This document shows, one piece after another, positions 1 to 12,003 of a stretch of 64,000 nucleotides of DNA. The number at the start of each line of letters is the position of its first letter. Position 1 is the stretch's first letter. The translations under genes and the position numbers were made by a program. The stretch is from Hydrolagus colliei (Eukaryota), in the NCBI GenBank assembly GCA_035084275.1, contig CM068750.1, forward strand, positions 4,774,001 through 4,838,000, given 5' to 3'. A model generated the notes under the pieces. The model was not told the origin of the DNA. It did not search any database and was given only the letters and a program-made list of their open reading frames with translations.

Positions 1-247
1 AGGTGCTTCACAGACTGTACTGTAAAGTGAATTGACTGTATACTTGTGGGCGAAAAGCAGCAGCTAATTGCACACAGCAGTGTCCCGCAAACAGTCGTGG
101 ATTGAGTGACTAAATTTTTTTCGGGAAGGGATTATTATTAGCTGTGTGGAATAAGCAAACTTGCCCAAGATTTCGCCCTGCCGGGAATTGAAACCAGGTC
201 ACTCCCTTTGTGAGGCGAGGGCTCTAACCGCTGAGCTACAGGATTCC
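1..247 (-). mobile_element. tRNA-derived SINE (family A), tail cut by the window start
   Basis: Reverse complement of the head GGAATCCTGTAGCTCAGCGGTTAGAG (A box) plus B-box region and Deu-like body. Confidence 0.9.
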
Positions 248-2297
248 ATTAAAGAGCCTATTTGCAGTGACGACTTCACTTTTGCGGGCTGGAGTAACCT
301 AACCCTATATACCAGTTCCCCAGTGGTGGCGCTGCTTCAGGGATCACTCATTTACTGATTGAAAGCAGCCTGGAGTGGGACATTACCCGGGTTATTCTAG
401 TTTTGAAGCAAGTGTGGAAGATTTGTCATAGAGGGGGCACTTCCAGGCAACCGGACCTTCCCGGTCTGAGTCTGCAGCGCTTTCAGAACAGACGGATCCA
501 CATCGGTTTGGGTAACTTCTGACTGTCACTGGGCTCGCACACATCTCGGCTTCAAAGTCTCGATTGAATGCTACAGACCCTTTCCAGTCATTGAAGTCCA
601 CAGCACCCATCAGCTTCATCCAGTGACTTCGCCGTAGCTTTTAAAGCACCGCGAGAGGTGCTCTGGACATGACACCTGTCACAAAGCTGCAGTTGAGAGA
701 GATGATTGCAATCTGAACGTTATCAGGCTCGTGTGTCTACCAGTCTAGCCTGTGGGACAGTCAGACCCATTCCCTCCCCCACAACTCCTCACCCCCTCTA
801 TCAATGTCGGATCGTGTCATTCGTGACTCATTTCAGGCAGAAAATGATGATCAGTAACTGGGACATCAGTAACTCATACTTTTCAAATAAATGCAGCTGC
901 TATTTGTTTAAATAGCTGTGTCATCTCTCAGAAGTATTTGCGCCGTCAGAATACGACTCCCGGCAATGCGCTGAGTGGGTTTGCAGCCTCTCAAATCACT
1001 AGAGACCTGAATCGGTTTTTTTTTTTTTTTTTGCATTGTAGCTCTTCGCACACTGAGTATCACACAGTATTCACGACCGAAGCTTTGTTCCGTACAGAAT
1101 GTGGAAACTGGACGAGTTTGTCGGCCCGACAAACATTTGTACAGTGCCTTTACATTTGTAAAGGCACTTTACAAATGTAATTTTGTTGTTGTCGTTGTCA
1201 GTGTCCTCCCAATGCTTTTCAGTACGCTGGTTAACCTGGGCGAGCAAATAGTTTTGCAAGGGGAGTGTTCAGAGATAGCTTGCCTGTTACCTTTTCTACA
1301 TGAATCTAAACGGCTATCTGCTTCTTCTCAGAAGCTGATATTTGCATTGATTTTTTTTTTAAAAAAAGCAGTTAAGTCCGGGATTTCCCTAGGCATAAAA
1401 GTAGTACCTTACACCCTTTATCTAATGTGCAGCCAAACCTACATTGCTGATGGATTATAGTGAGAGCAGCCACATCCCCTTAACCTTTTCAGCAAAAAAT
1501 TTCCTTTGCAGGGAGCAAATGAGTGTTCCACCATTTGAAAGACAAACTCTACTTGCCCCTGCGAGAGCTGCCAGTCGCGGAGTTACAAGACTAAATTGTT
1601 TAACGTTATACTCTATATGAAGGTGGTGTTCGACCAAGAGATTAAGACACGGGCCTTGCTTCTTTTCGTACGGGATTATTGATTCACGCGGTGTGGCAGC
1701 GGTGGTGTCGGGACGGAATCGAAACTAATGTGTTGGCCGAAGGGTGGGGGCGCCCGGAATATTTGGGAAACATTGTAATGGAGAGAGCAGTTATGTTCGA
1801 GAAAAAAACCAAGCGAGCTGGTTTTCGAGTTGACATGGCTTGCGGTCACACATTCAACCCCTGCGATTGTGCGTAAAACATCTGTGTTGAATTCGCTTTG
1901 AACTCCAAAACTGTTTTTGTGAGGAAGCATCCTATCTGTAAAATTCGTGAAATCGTTCATTTTCCTTCCTCCTCACGGCCGGATTTTGGCTGGGGGAATA
2001 GTTCCACGGAAACAGAGGTCCCTGGGAACACTCAGCAGGTCAGGCAGCCCTGCTCATCCCAGCCTTTGAGTTGAGTCTGGGCTACCTTGGCGGAAGGTGA
2101 ACTTTAGGATGGGGGAGACACTTTATTTTCTCTCTCTCCTTTCATTTACCTGAATGAGTACTTCCAGTGGCTCAGTGGAAAAATGTGCTACTGAACCACA
2201 CAGACTGGGAAAGCCCCAGTAATAGATCTCACACAGAGCAGTGCTGTTCAGTTGGTCTCTTATGTAGGAAGGGGATGGAGTGTGGGGGGAAGCAACA

Positions 2298-2607
2298 GCA
2301 GTGTAGTTCAGTGGTTAGAGCACTCGCCTTACAAGCGTGAGACCTGTGTTCGAATCCAGGCAGATCAGGGCGAAACCTTGGACAAGTTTCCTTATTCCAC
2401 ACTCCTAATAATAATCCATCCCCAAAAAAACACACACTAATAAAAATTGGTCATTTATATCCACGACTGTTTTGGGGGGACACTGCTGTGCGCAATTGGC
2501 TGCTTCGTTTCGCCCACAAATATACAGTGAATTCACTTTACCATATATTCTGTGAAGCGCTTTGATACGTTGATAAAATGTAAGGATTAAATGCAAGGAT
2601 TATTATT
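2298..2607 (+). mobile_element. tRNA-derived SINE (family A), near full length
   Basis: TGTAGTTCAGTGGTTAGAGCACTCGCC..GTTCGAATCC, body, tail AAATGCAAGGATTATTATT. Confidence 0.92.
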
Positions 2608-4278
2608 TATGATTTTAACCAGAGTTCCTACTTCTGATTGCTGTTCAACGAACCTTATCCTTTGCAACTGCTACTGTGTCAGATGGGGCTTGGATTGGAT
2701 TGAACCTGGTTGTGTTGCAAATCCAATCCAATTCCCCCCCCGCCCCATGTTGTTTTGAGTAATCAGTGTGACCATCTTGCCTCACACTTGGAAGAATAAA
2801 TCCCCTCACAAGATATCCGAGGGCTTGACCGCCCTTGGGATTGCAACGAGCGACTTTGTTCGGAGCAGCAAAACAGAAAAGATAAGGGAACTTGTTTTTC
2901 TTTTCTTTCTTTTGATTTGAGTTTGGCTTTTGGCATTGTATCCTATAAAGCAATGCCAGTTATCACCAGCCCTCTCTACTGAAGGGAAAAAATAATTAAG
3001 GGATAAAACTCAGCCTTTGGCGTGTCTCAGATTTCCATAAAGAAACAATAACCTCCCGGCCAGCTTCAACGCAGTCTAAGCGAATCTATTTCGTCGGCTG
3101 AAACTGAGAGAGCGTCATTGCAGAAGGTTAAACTTCTACTATCTCTTGCTGTATTCATTTCAGCATCGGTTTTCCAAGCACTTGACTTTGCCTGAGAGGG
3201 ATGTCATAACGCTTTTTGCAGCTTCGGTGTCTTAAAGCAGACAACGCAATAGGGTTTGTGTTCCTGGAACATTAACCTCAAATTCCCATACTATATTGCA
3301 TGTGGGGACCTCGTGTAAGACAAGTTATTGCTGCTGCACAGACCAAAATATGCAGTCTCTTTAGGCCAATGCACAAGCTAAGCGGAAGCGATCTTTGAGG
3401 ATGAACTTGCTCTCTCTAGACACCACGAGTTAAAAAGCCAAGAAAGTCTACAGTCATCCAAGCAAAACTTAACAGGTGTGGATATTTTCTGGGGCTCTCC
3501 CTAGCATAGCTGGACACAAGCACTGTGTTACAAGGTTGCTAATTAAATGCAGACTTTGTGTAGAGGCAGTGAGGAATAGTAGTTATCTGTCTTGCTCAGG
3601 GATGAGGCTTGTGAATGTCATGAGGCTCAGACCTTTTCTAAACCATCTGGGTGATGTTTAGTTCGTATCCGTCAGTTTGTAGTTAATGTTATTAACAAAT
3701 ATATTTCTTTAGGAACTTAGGATGGCACAGTGGGTTAGATGCTGCCCTTTCCCTTTTTAGGACCTGAGTTGGAATCTATCTATTGACAAATCTGGTCCAG
3801 GAAATGAGGTCCTCTGTGAAATGAGTTTGGAAATCTCGATTCGGTTTGTAACATCTCACAGCACAAAACAGCCTTAATCTATATTCATGGTGTGGCTGCT
3901 TGTACAGATCGCACATTTCTTCTGACCGTACAGAATTCCAATTGATTTGATACGGTGGCAGCTTGTTAAACCAATGAAATGGAAGTTGAAAGTCCAGCAG
4001 ACAGTGTGTCATCAAAATTGGGAACTTTCCCTAAGTAAGTTTTTTGGGGAAATTTATTGCAGACTAGTCCTTACGGTACCAGGAACTGTATCCCCTGGAA
4101 ACTCCCCAGCTACAGTACCTGATAGTTCCCCTTTAAGATCCATTTATCCATTGTTTCAGATTTTGAGAGTACAAAGGCTGTTGGCACTTACAGGTAAGGC
4201 AAAGCTTTTTTTTTGAAAAAAATTCCTTCTTAGGAATTAACTGCACTGTATATATTTGTTTCAAGCACGTTTCGAATT

Positions 4279-4608
4279 ATAATAATCCTTGCGTTTGATG
4301 TAGTGCCTTATCACATCGTGGAGACGTCTCAAAGTGCCTCACAGAATATACCGTACAATGAATTGACTTTATTTTGTGGGTGAAACGCAGCAGTTAATTG
4401 CGCACGGCAGTGACCTACAAACAGTCGTGGATTGAGTGACCAATATATTTATGTATATTTTTAATGTTTTATTATCCCTTGAAAAGCGATCCGCCAATCG
4501 TCTAATAACTTACTGCTAAGTGAACAGAGGCATGTGGAGTAAGAAAACCGGGAATCGAACCCGGAGTGTCTCGCTTGCGAGGCGAGTGGTCTAACCACTA
4601 AGCTACAG
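4279..4608 (-). mobile_element. tRNA-derived SINE (family A) with altered middle
   Basis: Tail at 4279, body to about 4445, head at about 4530-4608. Confidence 0.85.
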
Positions 4609-6484
4609 TTCACCACGGAGTGAATGAAAGATGTATAGTATTTAGCCACTGGCTTTAATGTTTGCAGATTCTGTATGTGGGTCTTCAGTGTTTCCTTTCA
4701 GCAAGTGTATCTTTGCACCCAGCTCTTCTGGCTATCTGAGCGAAACCCATGGACACTCTGTGAAGCTTTCATGATCAATTCTTATCTGTCAGGCTTCAGT
4801 GCGGAATAGTTCATGCATAACCGAAGAAGGAAGAGTTTGACAGACTAATGGAAGACTTTTCTGTACAGATTCCGCCTGTTGGCTATTAGGTGTCCTGTCT
4901 GAAAACTCAGAAAATCTGCAGATAAATATGCCCCCATAACCGTGCCCGGGTGTAATATATGAAATGTAAAACAAGTCAAGCTATAATCTCCGGATTTTTA
5001 AGTGCAGGTTTGTGACCTGAGACTGTGGTGTGGCTTTGGGTAGCATCTCCAGCTATGGTTCCATGAAAGTCCAGTCCTTGAGCTTTAACAGAAGGATAGA
5101 GACTTGCCTGTCTGTCACGTTAAGTTTCTGGAATTAAATTCTTTATGTTTTGCAATGCAACAAGACCAGCAGGACAGTTCTGTAATTTATTTTAGGCAAT
5201 AATTTCTGACACGTTGTGCAACACAAGGTCGCTTGGCATGAAAAGACGTTAAGATAAAATATTACTAAATAGACATTGCTATGGATGTACAATTGACTGA
5301 CAATGATCAAACGTGTGCATGTCGTTGGGTGGTTGATGGAAGGTGGTAGCCATGTCTTTACTCTTATATAGTAGACCTTTGTAACCCATGTTTAAATTAT
5401 TTGAAGTTCTTAACACTCAAGAGGAGAGGAACTGTCTGAGTAAATGTCCTTGTTCTTGTCGGTATTGCAGCATATTGTAAGGGACCAATTCCTCTTGTCA
5501 AGTTTCTCCTTGTTCCTGAAGATGGTGGTGTGGCTGGCAAAGTTGTACATTTACAAACAGTCCTCTAGTAAATTAGTCAGAGTGTGAGTCAAGTGCGGAT
5601 GGGATATGAGACATTGGGAGTGTTGCCTGATCCATTGTTTGCCTATTGCTGGCTTTGGGAATTTCTACCTTTTAAATCCCATTGACCCGAGCTCAGGAGA
5701 AAGGAAACAGACCCATGGTTTAATTATTTTACACAGATTGCAAAGATAGCAACGAGTGTTTGGATTAGACCACCCAAGGCGCCAGTGGAATCAATTTGTG
5801 CCACATTATTTGGTGAAGAATTCAATTGAGGTGTCTGGGATATACGCCCAGACAAGAGTAATGTAGGATTCATTTTATTATTTTAAAAAACTACTTTATC
5901 TTTAGCATCAGCCAAGTGAATCAAAGGAACCACAATTGTCTTATGTAGTCTAGTACGTTTCTGCGTTTACAAATCACGTGTAGATATTTTCCAGCCTGGT
6001 TAACATTTTTACCAGCCGGGTCTCTGATACATGCAGCAAACAATCCCCATGTCTAGCCAAACCAGACTGAGTTTTTGACATGCGCATGCCATCTACTCAC
6101 GGAAATTTCTGTGTGTCTGGAAGGAATCTGCCCTCTCTCTCCCCCTGGAGGGACGCACTCCGCTTATTTTATTCCGGAGACTGTTCGGCAAAGACAGTAC
6201 TGAGCAAGAGTGCGTGTTGGGGGCGCTCCTGGTGTTTTTCCAGCTATTACCACAGAACTGGAGCCTTATCTGTCAAAATTCCTGCTGCTGAACCAAATAC
6301 TGCGCACCAGACTTGGTTTGCTCCAAAGTTATCAAAGGGCAGGAATGTGGCAAAATTTTCTCCCCCTCCCCCAGTTCAGGGACAAAGAGGCCAGTTGTGT
6401 TGTCCCAGTTTGGATCACGTACATGCGACAACAGAGACCAAGAATGGAATCCAGAAACTGCCATCAGCTCCACATTACTCGAAT

Positions 6485-6651
6485 CATCCGCGATTGTTAT
6501 GTGGGGGATACCGCTGTGCGCAATTGACTGCCGCGTTTCGCCCACAAAATACAGAGTCAATCCACTTTACAGTACAATGTCTGCGAAGCGCTTTGAGAAG
6601 CGTTGACGACGTGATAAGGGCCCATTTCACAGGCAAGGATTATTATTATTA
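6485..6651 (+). mobile_element. 5'-truncated SINE (family A body and tail)
   Basis: GCTGTGCGCAATTGACTGCCGCGTTTCGCCCACAAA..GGATTATTATTATT. Confidence 0.85.
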
Positions 6652-8611
6652 TTTACCCGAATGAGGCATCGCACAGAACAGTCGCAGATATTTGCAGTGG
6701 TTTTAGTTTTATTTCTGGGCAGTATTTTTATCTGAAGGCAGCAATAAATACATAAATCTATGAAAATCTTACTTCCCAAACTGAAAGTACCTGGATTGTT
6801 TACAGGGAAGGAAGCACTGTATGAACTTGGTCTGGTTCCCAGCTGGGATTCCCCGAGTTTGATGTAGTAAACAGACGCTATTAAATAGGACAGGAGCCAG
6901 CTTGTCTGTGGCGCTGCTGGTTTGTAATTAGCACTATCATCACCGTTTGGCCAAGTAAGTTTTAGATGGGTTAAATCATCCTGATCCGGTTGAAGAGGAA
7001 GGTCAGGATCTAAAACGGAATGGAGGGGGTCAAGGTGAAGGAATTGGGAGAGAATTCCGAAGCTTTGGGGCTTAGAGGCTGAGATTCGGATACATTAAAG
7101 CATCAGAAATCCATATTGAACTGATTTAAGGCTGATGTAAACAATGGACAACTCTCAAGAAAACACAACTGGAAAGAAATGTGGAAAAAGTGGCGTTGGT
7201 ATTAACTACAGTATTTTGAAAAGAGAGTTGAGTTAAACCCTTACTGAAAGACAACAATTAGTTGGATCTATGGGGATCTTTGCTTTGTGCAGACCGGAGA
7301 GGTCTAATAAGGTGAAACATTCTCATCTCTAGAGAGGGTTTGAAAGGATAGAATTGATTTGTCTCATAGTTATGCGGTTTTGAACAGATGGATTCCCGTT
7401 TGAGTGAAAATTACTGTGCAATTTGCAAAGTGAAGAAGCTCTTATCAAAATCATTTGTTCGTTTATTGGAAGGCGATCCAAATGAATGTGTTTTAGTCTC
7501 TTGGGACAGAAAGTTTTGAACCACCTCAATTAATGCTGCATCAAGACTCCGGAGGGGCTTTCCCATGTCCTCCCATGCCATCCATGGTTACACGTGAATA
7601 CGTTACATTGGTGAAGTTACTACAAATTGCAAGTTTTTTTTTCCCCCTCTGACTAATTTTCCTCTTTCCCCCTCCTCTACCTCCGCGAGAATGTTGTGGC
7701 TGGCTTTGCTCTGGCTAATATTTGACTAACTCGTGTCCGACCAGTCATTCATGCGTTTACCCAATTTACCCAATGAGACATGAGGAGGAAAACCCCATAG
7801 ACAAGAGTGCTTTGTACCTTGGCCAGGACTGCGCTGTGTTTTGCCTTGCTGGAGAGCAGAATAGGCCAAATTTGCCTTCTCTCCTCGGAGGGAGACCATA
7901 GATCTTAGCGGTGATTGTTCAAAGGCAGATGAAAGGGTAAAGTTGGAGCTGGATGGGATTTCAATGAATGAGCCATGGGTGTTTGAAACTCTTAGAGGTC
8001 ATGGATTCAAAGCGAGCGCCTGATTGAGTGCATTAGTGACAACCACACGCAGGGTTTGTGGTAACTTGAAACAGCTGATGTGCGTTTGCAATCTTCTCGC
8101 TCAGCAGGGTTGTCAACCTTTGCAGAAATAATGAATAACGCAAAATAAAAAGCAAGTCATAAATGGGAGAACCCGGAGGAGAAAGCGATGTGGTAGGGGT
8201 TGGGTGGGGGTGGAGAGGGGGGGGCGGGTAGGAAGATGAAGACTTAATCATGCGTCTTGTGCAACACTTTGTGATGTATTTGGCCATTGCTTAACCAACA
8301 ATAGAGCAAACGTAAATGACCTTCCCCTCCTCTGCCCTACCCAACAAAGTAGACATAAATGAGATTATGACTCCAGGTCACTGGGAATGGAAAATATAGC
8401 ACTTGTGAATTGTTAGCTCTTGTGTTTCACAGCTTGTCGTGGCGTATCCATGGACTATGCAATATTTACATTGAACAACATCAATAACTTGCATTTATCA
8501 CATAGCGCCTTTCACATAGGATAACATCTCGAAACGTCTCGAAGTGCTGAGAGCTCCTACCTCCTGGCGTGAAAGGTCTATATCAATGTAAGTCGTTGTT
8601 GTGAAATCCGT

Positions 8612-8750
8612 GGGATCCTGTAGCTCGCGTTAGAGCAACCGTCTTGCCAGCAGGAGACCTGGGTTCGATATCCGGCAGGGCGAAACGTTAGGCAAGTTTT
8701 CTTACTCCACACGTCTCTTGTTTATCAAACGCAAGGATTATTTTTATTAT
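8612..8750 (+). mobile_element. Internally deleted SINE (tRNA head fused to tail)
   Basis: GGATCCTGTAGCTC..GGTTCGATATCC..CTTACTCCACAC followed almost directly by TATCAAACGCAAGGATTATT. Confidence 0.8.
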
Positions 8751-9061
8751 TGCAGTGGCTAAAAAGCAACTCACAGCTCTGTGGAAAAGGGGACTTTCCT
8801 TCAGGTCTCTTATCCGGTCCTGTGATTTAATCTTACGAAATGCCAGCAGGCTTGTGGCCAGCAAAATATTCACGAGGTTCATGGTATATTTCGGATGTGC
8901 TACTTTTTTTTTACATTAGGTAGATTTTTTTTCTGCCAATACAGTACTCCCAAAGCTATGGGAGACCAAGGAACATTCACCTCGCAGAACTGTACATTGA
9001 GACTATTAGTACGGCAGCAATCTCAGATCATTAATCACAAACCTGTGTTAATACCTTTCCT

Positions 9062-9680
9062 ACAACAACAACAAAATTACATTTGCAGAGCTCCTTTCGC
9101 TTCGGGAGGACATCCCAAGGCTTTGGGACTGAAATGATAGAATGTTACTTTTAAAATGCAAACATACTGCCGTAAACTTCGGATAATAAGAATAATCTTT
9201 GCATTTGATTTAGCACCTATAATGTTGAATGTCTCAAAATCCTTCCCAAAAGTTTCTGCGAGGAGTAATGACTATTTTGGCAGTGAATGCAGCGTGCCGC
9301 AGTTATGCGACGATTCATTTGTGAACAGCAACATCCCACAAACAGCCACAAAGCCAATGAGCAAATTATATTTGGAGGCTTTTTGGCCAGGACACCAGGG
9401 GAAAACTCCCTTCTTGTTTTGAATAGCGCCGTGAAATATTTAACTCCAACCTCATCTTTAGTATCTCATCTAATAATAATCCTTGCATTTGATACAGCGC
9501 TTTGCAAGTCTTGTAGATGTCTTATCTGGCATTTCAGACCATGAACTCCTCCCCCAGCACTGAGTTGATCAGTCTAGATCTACATTATGAGCTCACAGAT
9601 CTGATGTGGGGCATTAACCTTCTAAACCGCAACTTTCTGATCAAGCTTCTGTGAGAATACTACCAACTGAGCCAGGCTGA
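9062..9680 (-). mobile_element. Cluster of an L2 tail, an older Deu-domain SINE and a nested SINE tail
   Basis: (CAA)n L2-type tail at 9062-9125; Deu-like GGCCAGGACACCAGGGGAAAACTCCCTTCTTGTTTTGAATAGCGCCGTG; nested tail at about 9472-9520. Confidence 0.7.
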
Positions 9681-10062
9681 CGCTAAATGTAGAAGGGGAT
9701 TTTGCATGAAATATGTTTGCGTAGTTTGAACCCAACATGTCGTGTTGTAAGGGCCACAGAACAAAGATACCGTGTTCTGGCTGATGGTGTAAAATTGGCA
9801 ATCTTGTTCAGACCAGATGAATGGTATACAAAATGGAAAATGTCATTGTGTTTCTGCTAGCGTGTGGCTGTGTGTGTAATGCCGCCATGAGGTGCAAGAA
9901 ACACCAATATTTGATCTACATATGTGGTGACTTTGGTTTACTGTTGGGGGATTTCAAAATTATTATTAAAACCCCACTTTGGACTGAAAATGAAATCTGA
10001 AAGTTTTTCTTTTGCTGTTTCTCTCTCAAACTCCATGTTCTTTTCCAACAGTGATAGGTCAT

Positions 10063-10190
10063 GTATTTTGATGTAGCACTTTTCAAGTCTTCTAGATGTC
10101 TCAAAGCGCTTCACAGAATATACTGTAGGTTGACTGTATATTTGTGGGTGAAACGCGGCAGATAATTATGCACAACAGTCGTGGATTGAA
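10063..10190 (-). mobile_element. Truncated family A SINE
   Basis: TCTCAAAGCGCTTCACAGAATATACTGTA..ACAGTCGTGGATTGA. Confidence 0.8.
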
Positions 10191-11770
10191 GTGTGTTTTA
10201 GGGAGAATGTTACACATATCCTGCTTCCTGACATCAGTCGTTTTTTTTATATAGCATTTTTTTTATATAGCAACTTCCATGATCTTTTAAGATGTAGCAA
10301 TTGTTCAGATATTTTCCTACTATTTGTGACTCCCCCCCACCTCAGCAGATGATATTAGCATTATTTTTTCCAGCATTTATCCATCTTATCTTCAACTGAA
10401 ATATTTGGGAGTTGATGTATCTTACTGGAGACTTATTTGAAAATGTCTTTTTCGACTCACTTTCTCTTTGGTTCATTTACCATAAGCCCTGTCTGTGGAT
10501 CTGTCTCTGGCCAATAAATGGGAGGTGATTGAGGTAGCTTTGCATGTCTTACCGTCCCAATGCGTCCCACTGGAAAACACCTGGCATCTTTTCAATGCCT
10601 TCCTATAACTAGATCAGTACCTCACTGTATAAAATGTTTGACCACAAACCAACCAACTATTCCACCACACATAGTATTATGGGTGCAGCATTTACTCTAC
10701 ACCAAACTATCATTGGCCCCTCTTCCCTTTTCCCCCATGACTAGCCAAATTCAAAGTTCCTATATTTCTCGCAAACCAAATAGAGTTCAGCACACTTAAT
10801 TCTTTTAACTGGTTATTAAAAGAAGCTTCTTCGAAAGGTCATTGTGTTTAAGGCGAAATGTGTTACCCTGCACAGGCCAGGCTTCAAAGTAAAGCAGTGC
10901 TGAGTATTCAACTTTCCTAACTTCTTCCTTGAAATTTGTCAAATGGTCAATAGTTTTAGGGGAAAGTCCAACCAGCTGGTCAACAGCTCGTTTCTCAGGT
11001 CAAGTCGACATCATCTACATATCTTTGCTCTCTAATTTTCTAAATATTTCAAAGGAAAATGTCTTTGGTTGATTTGTTAGCTGCCAATTTCTGACCTTAT
11101 TTCGACGTGTTTCGTTTTAAAGAGAACGTAAAACTTGGAATGAAAAAATATCCAACTTCAACATGTCACGCCTTCTCCCTCTCTTCCTCCTCCCCCTCCC
11201 TGAAGTCAAAGTTTTTGCATCCTATCATAATCTATTGCCAGAACTGGACTGTCCCTACACCTGGCTCCAAATAGGGACAGTGTACTAAAATGGGAAGTAT
11301 AGGATAGGGTAATATTGTACAGAACAAATTACTGGCATAGGTGGTGGAACAAGGAACTTTAAAGTGTTTTTTTGTTCTAACAAAAAATAAGGAACCAGAC
11401 AAGTTTCTGGAAATTAAAACAAGCTGACGAGACCGAAATGTTGAAGGAATCTTTTTTGGGAAGTTGGGTGAGAAATTTTGACAAACCAGTAGTCTGTTAC
11501 TGCATCATATCTTTGCACCACCCCTTTTCTCAACGGAGATGGATTCAGACTCCACAAGCCTCGATGAACTATTTCATTGTGGTTCCCACAGTATGAAGGC
11601 TGACGATGCCCTTCCAATACTCTTTACAATATTCCATGCCAACGACCAGGTCTATTCTCTTTTTTTTCCTCCACAGTTTATGAAAAATACTACTGTAATA
11701 GGAATGATCGATCAATAGTCAGTACTGAGACGTTGCTTCTTTCCTTTACAGATTTGGACGGCCACAGGCC

Positions 11771-12003
11771 ATGGCAGCCGCAAGAAGCATAGAGTCGCTG
11801 CAACAAGCTAATGTCTCTCACCACCAAGATAGCAGGTCACTGTCGACCACCATCGAGCCTAAACATGGAGGTTTCAAGGAGAGGTTTCTGCTTAAACTGG
11901 AGGAGAAGTACAAGTGCGAGTATTGCCGTCACGCACTTTGCAACCCGAAGCAAACTGAATGTGGCCATAGGTTCTGTGAAAGCTGCTTGAGTGAAATTTT
12001 TCG
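11771..12003 (+). CDS. TRAF3: TRAF3 coding exon 1 (start codon, RING N-half)
   Basis: Kozak gccATGg; KYKCEYC..LCNPKQTECGHRFCESC; donor cg|gtaag; acceptor tttacag ends at 11751. Confidence 0.95.

Larger units (their letters stand above)
1380..8799. promoter_or_regulatory. Cluster of consensus NF-kB sites upstream of TRAF3 coding exon 1
   Basis: GGGRNWYYCC matches (either strand) at 1380, 2208, 4097, 6845, 7554, 7787 and 8790. Confidence 0.55.

Noticed and set aside
6080-6664. 194-aa ORF, and the similar 196-aa ORF at 31135-31725
   Set aside because: No recognisable domain; both run through SINE sequence, with (ATT)n tails giving the YYYY/IIII runs.
8195-8230. G-quadruplex-like G-runs
   Set aside because: Common low-complexity sequence with no evidence of function.
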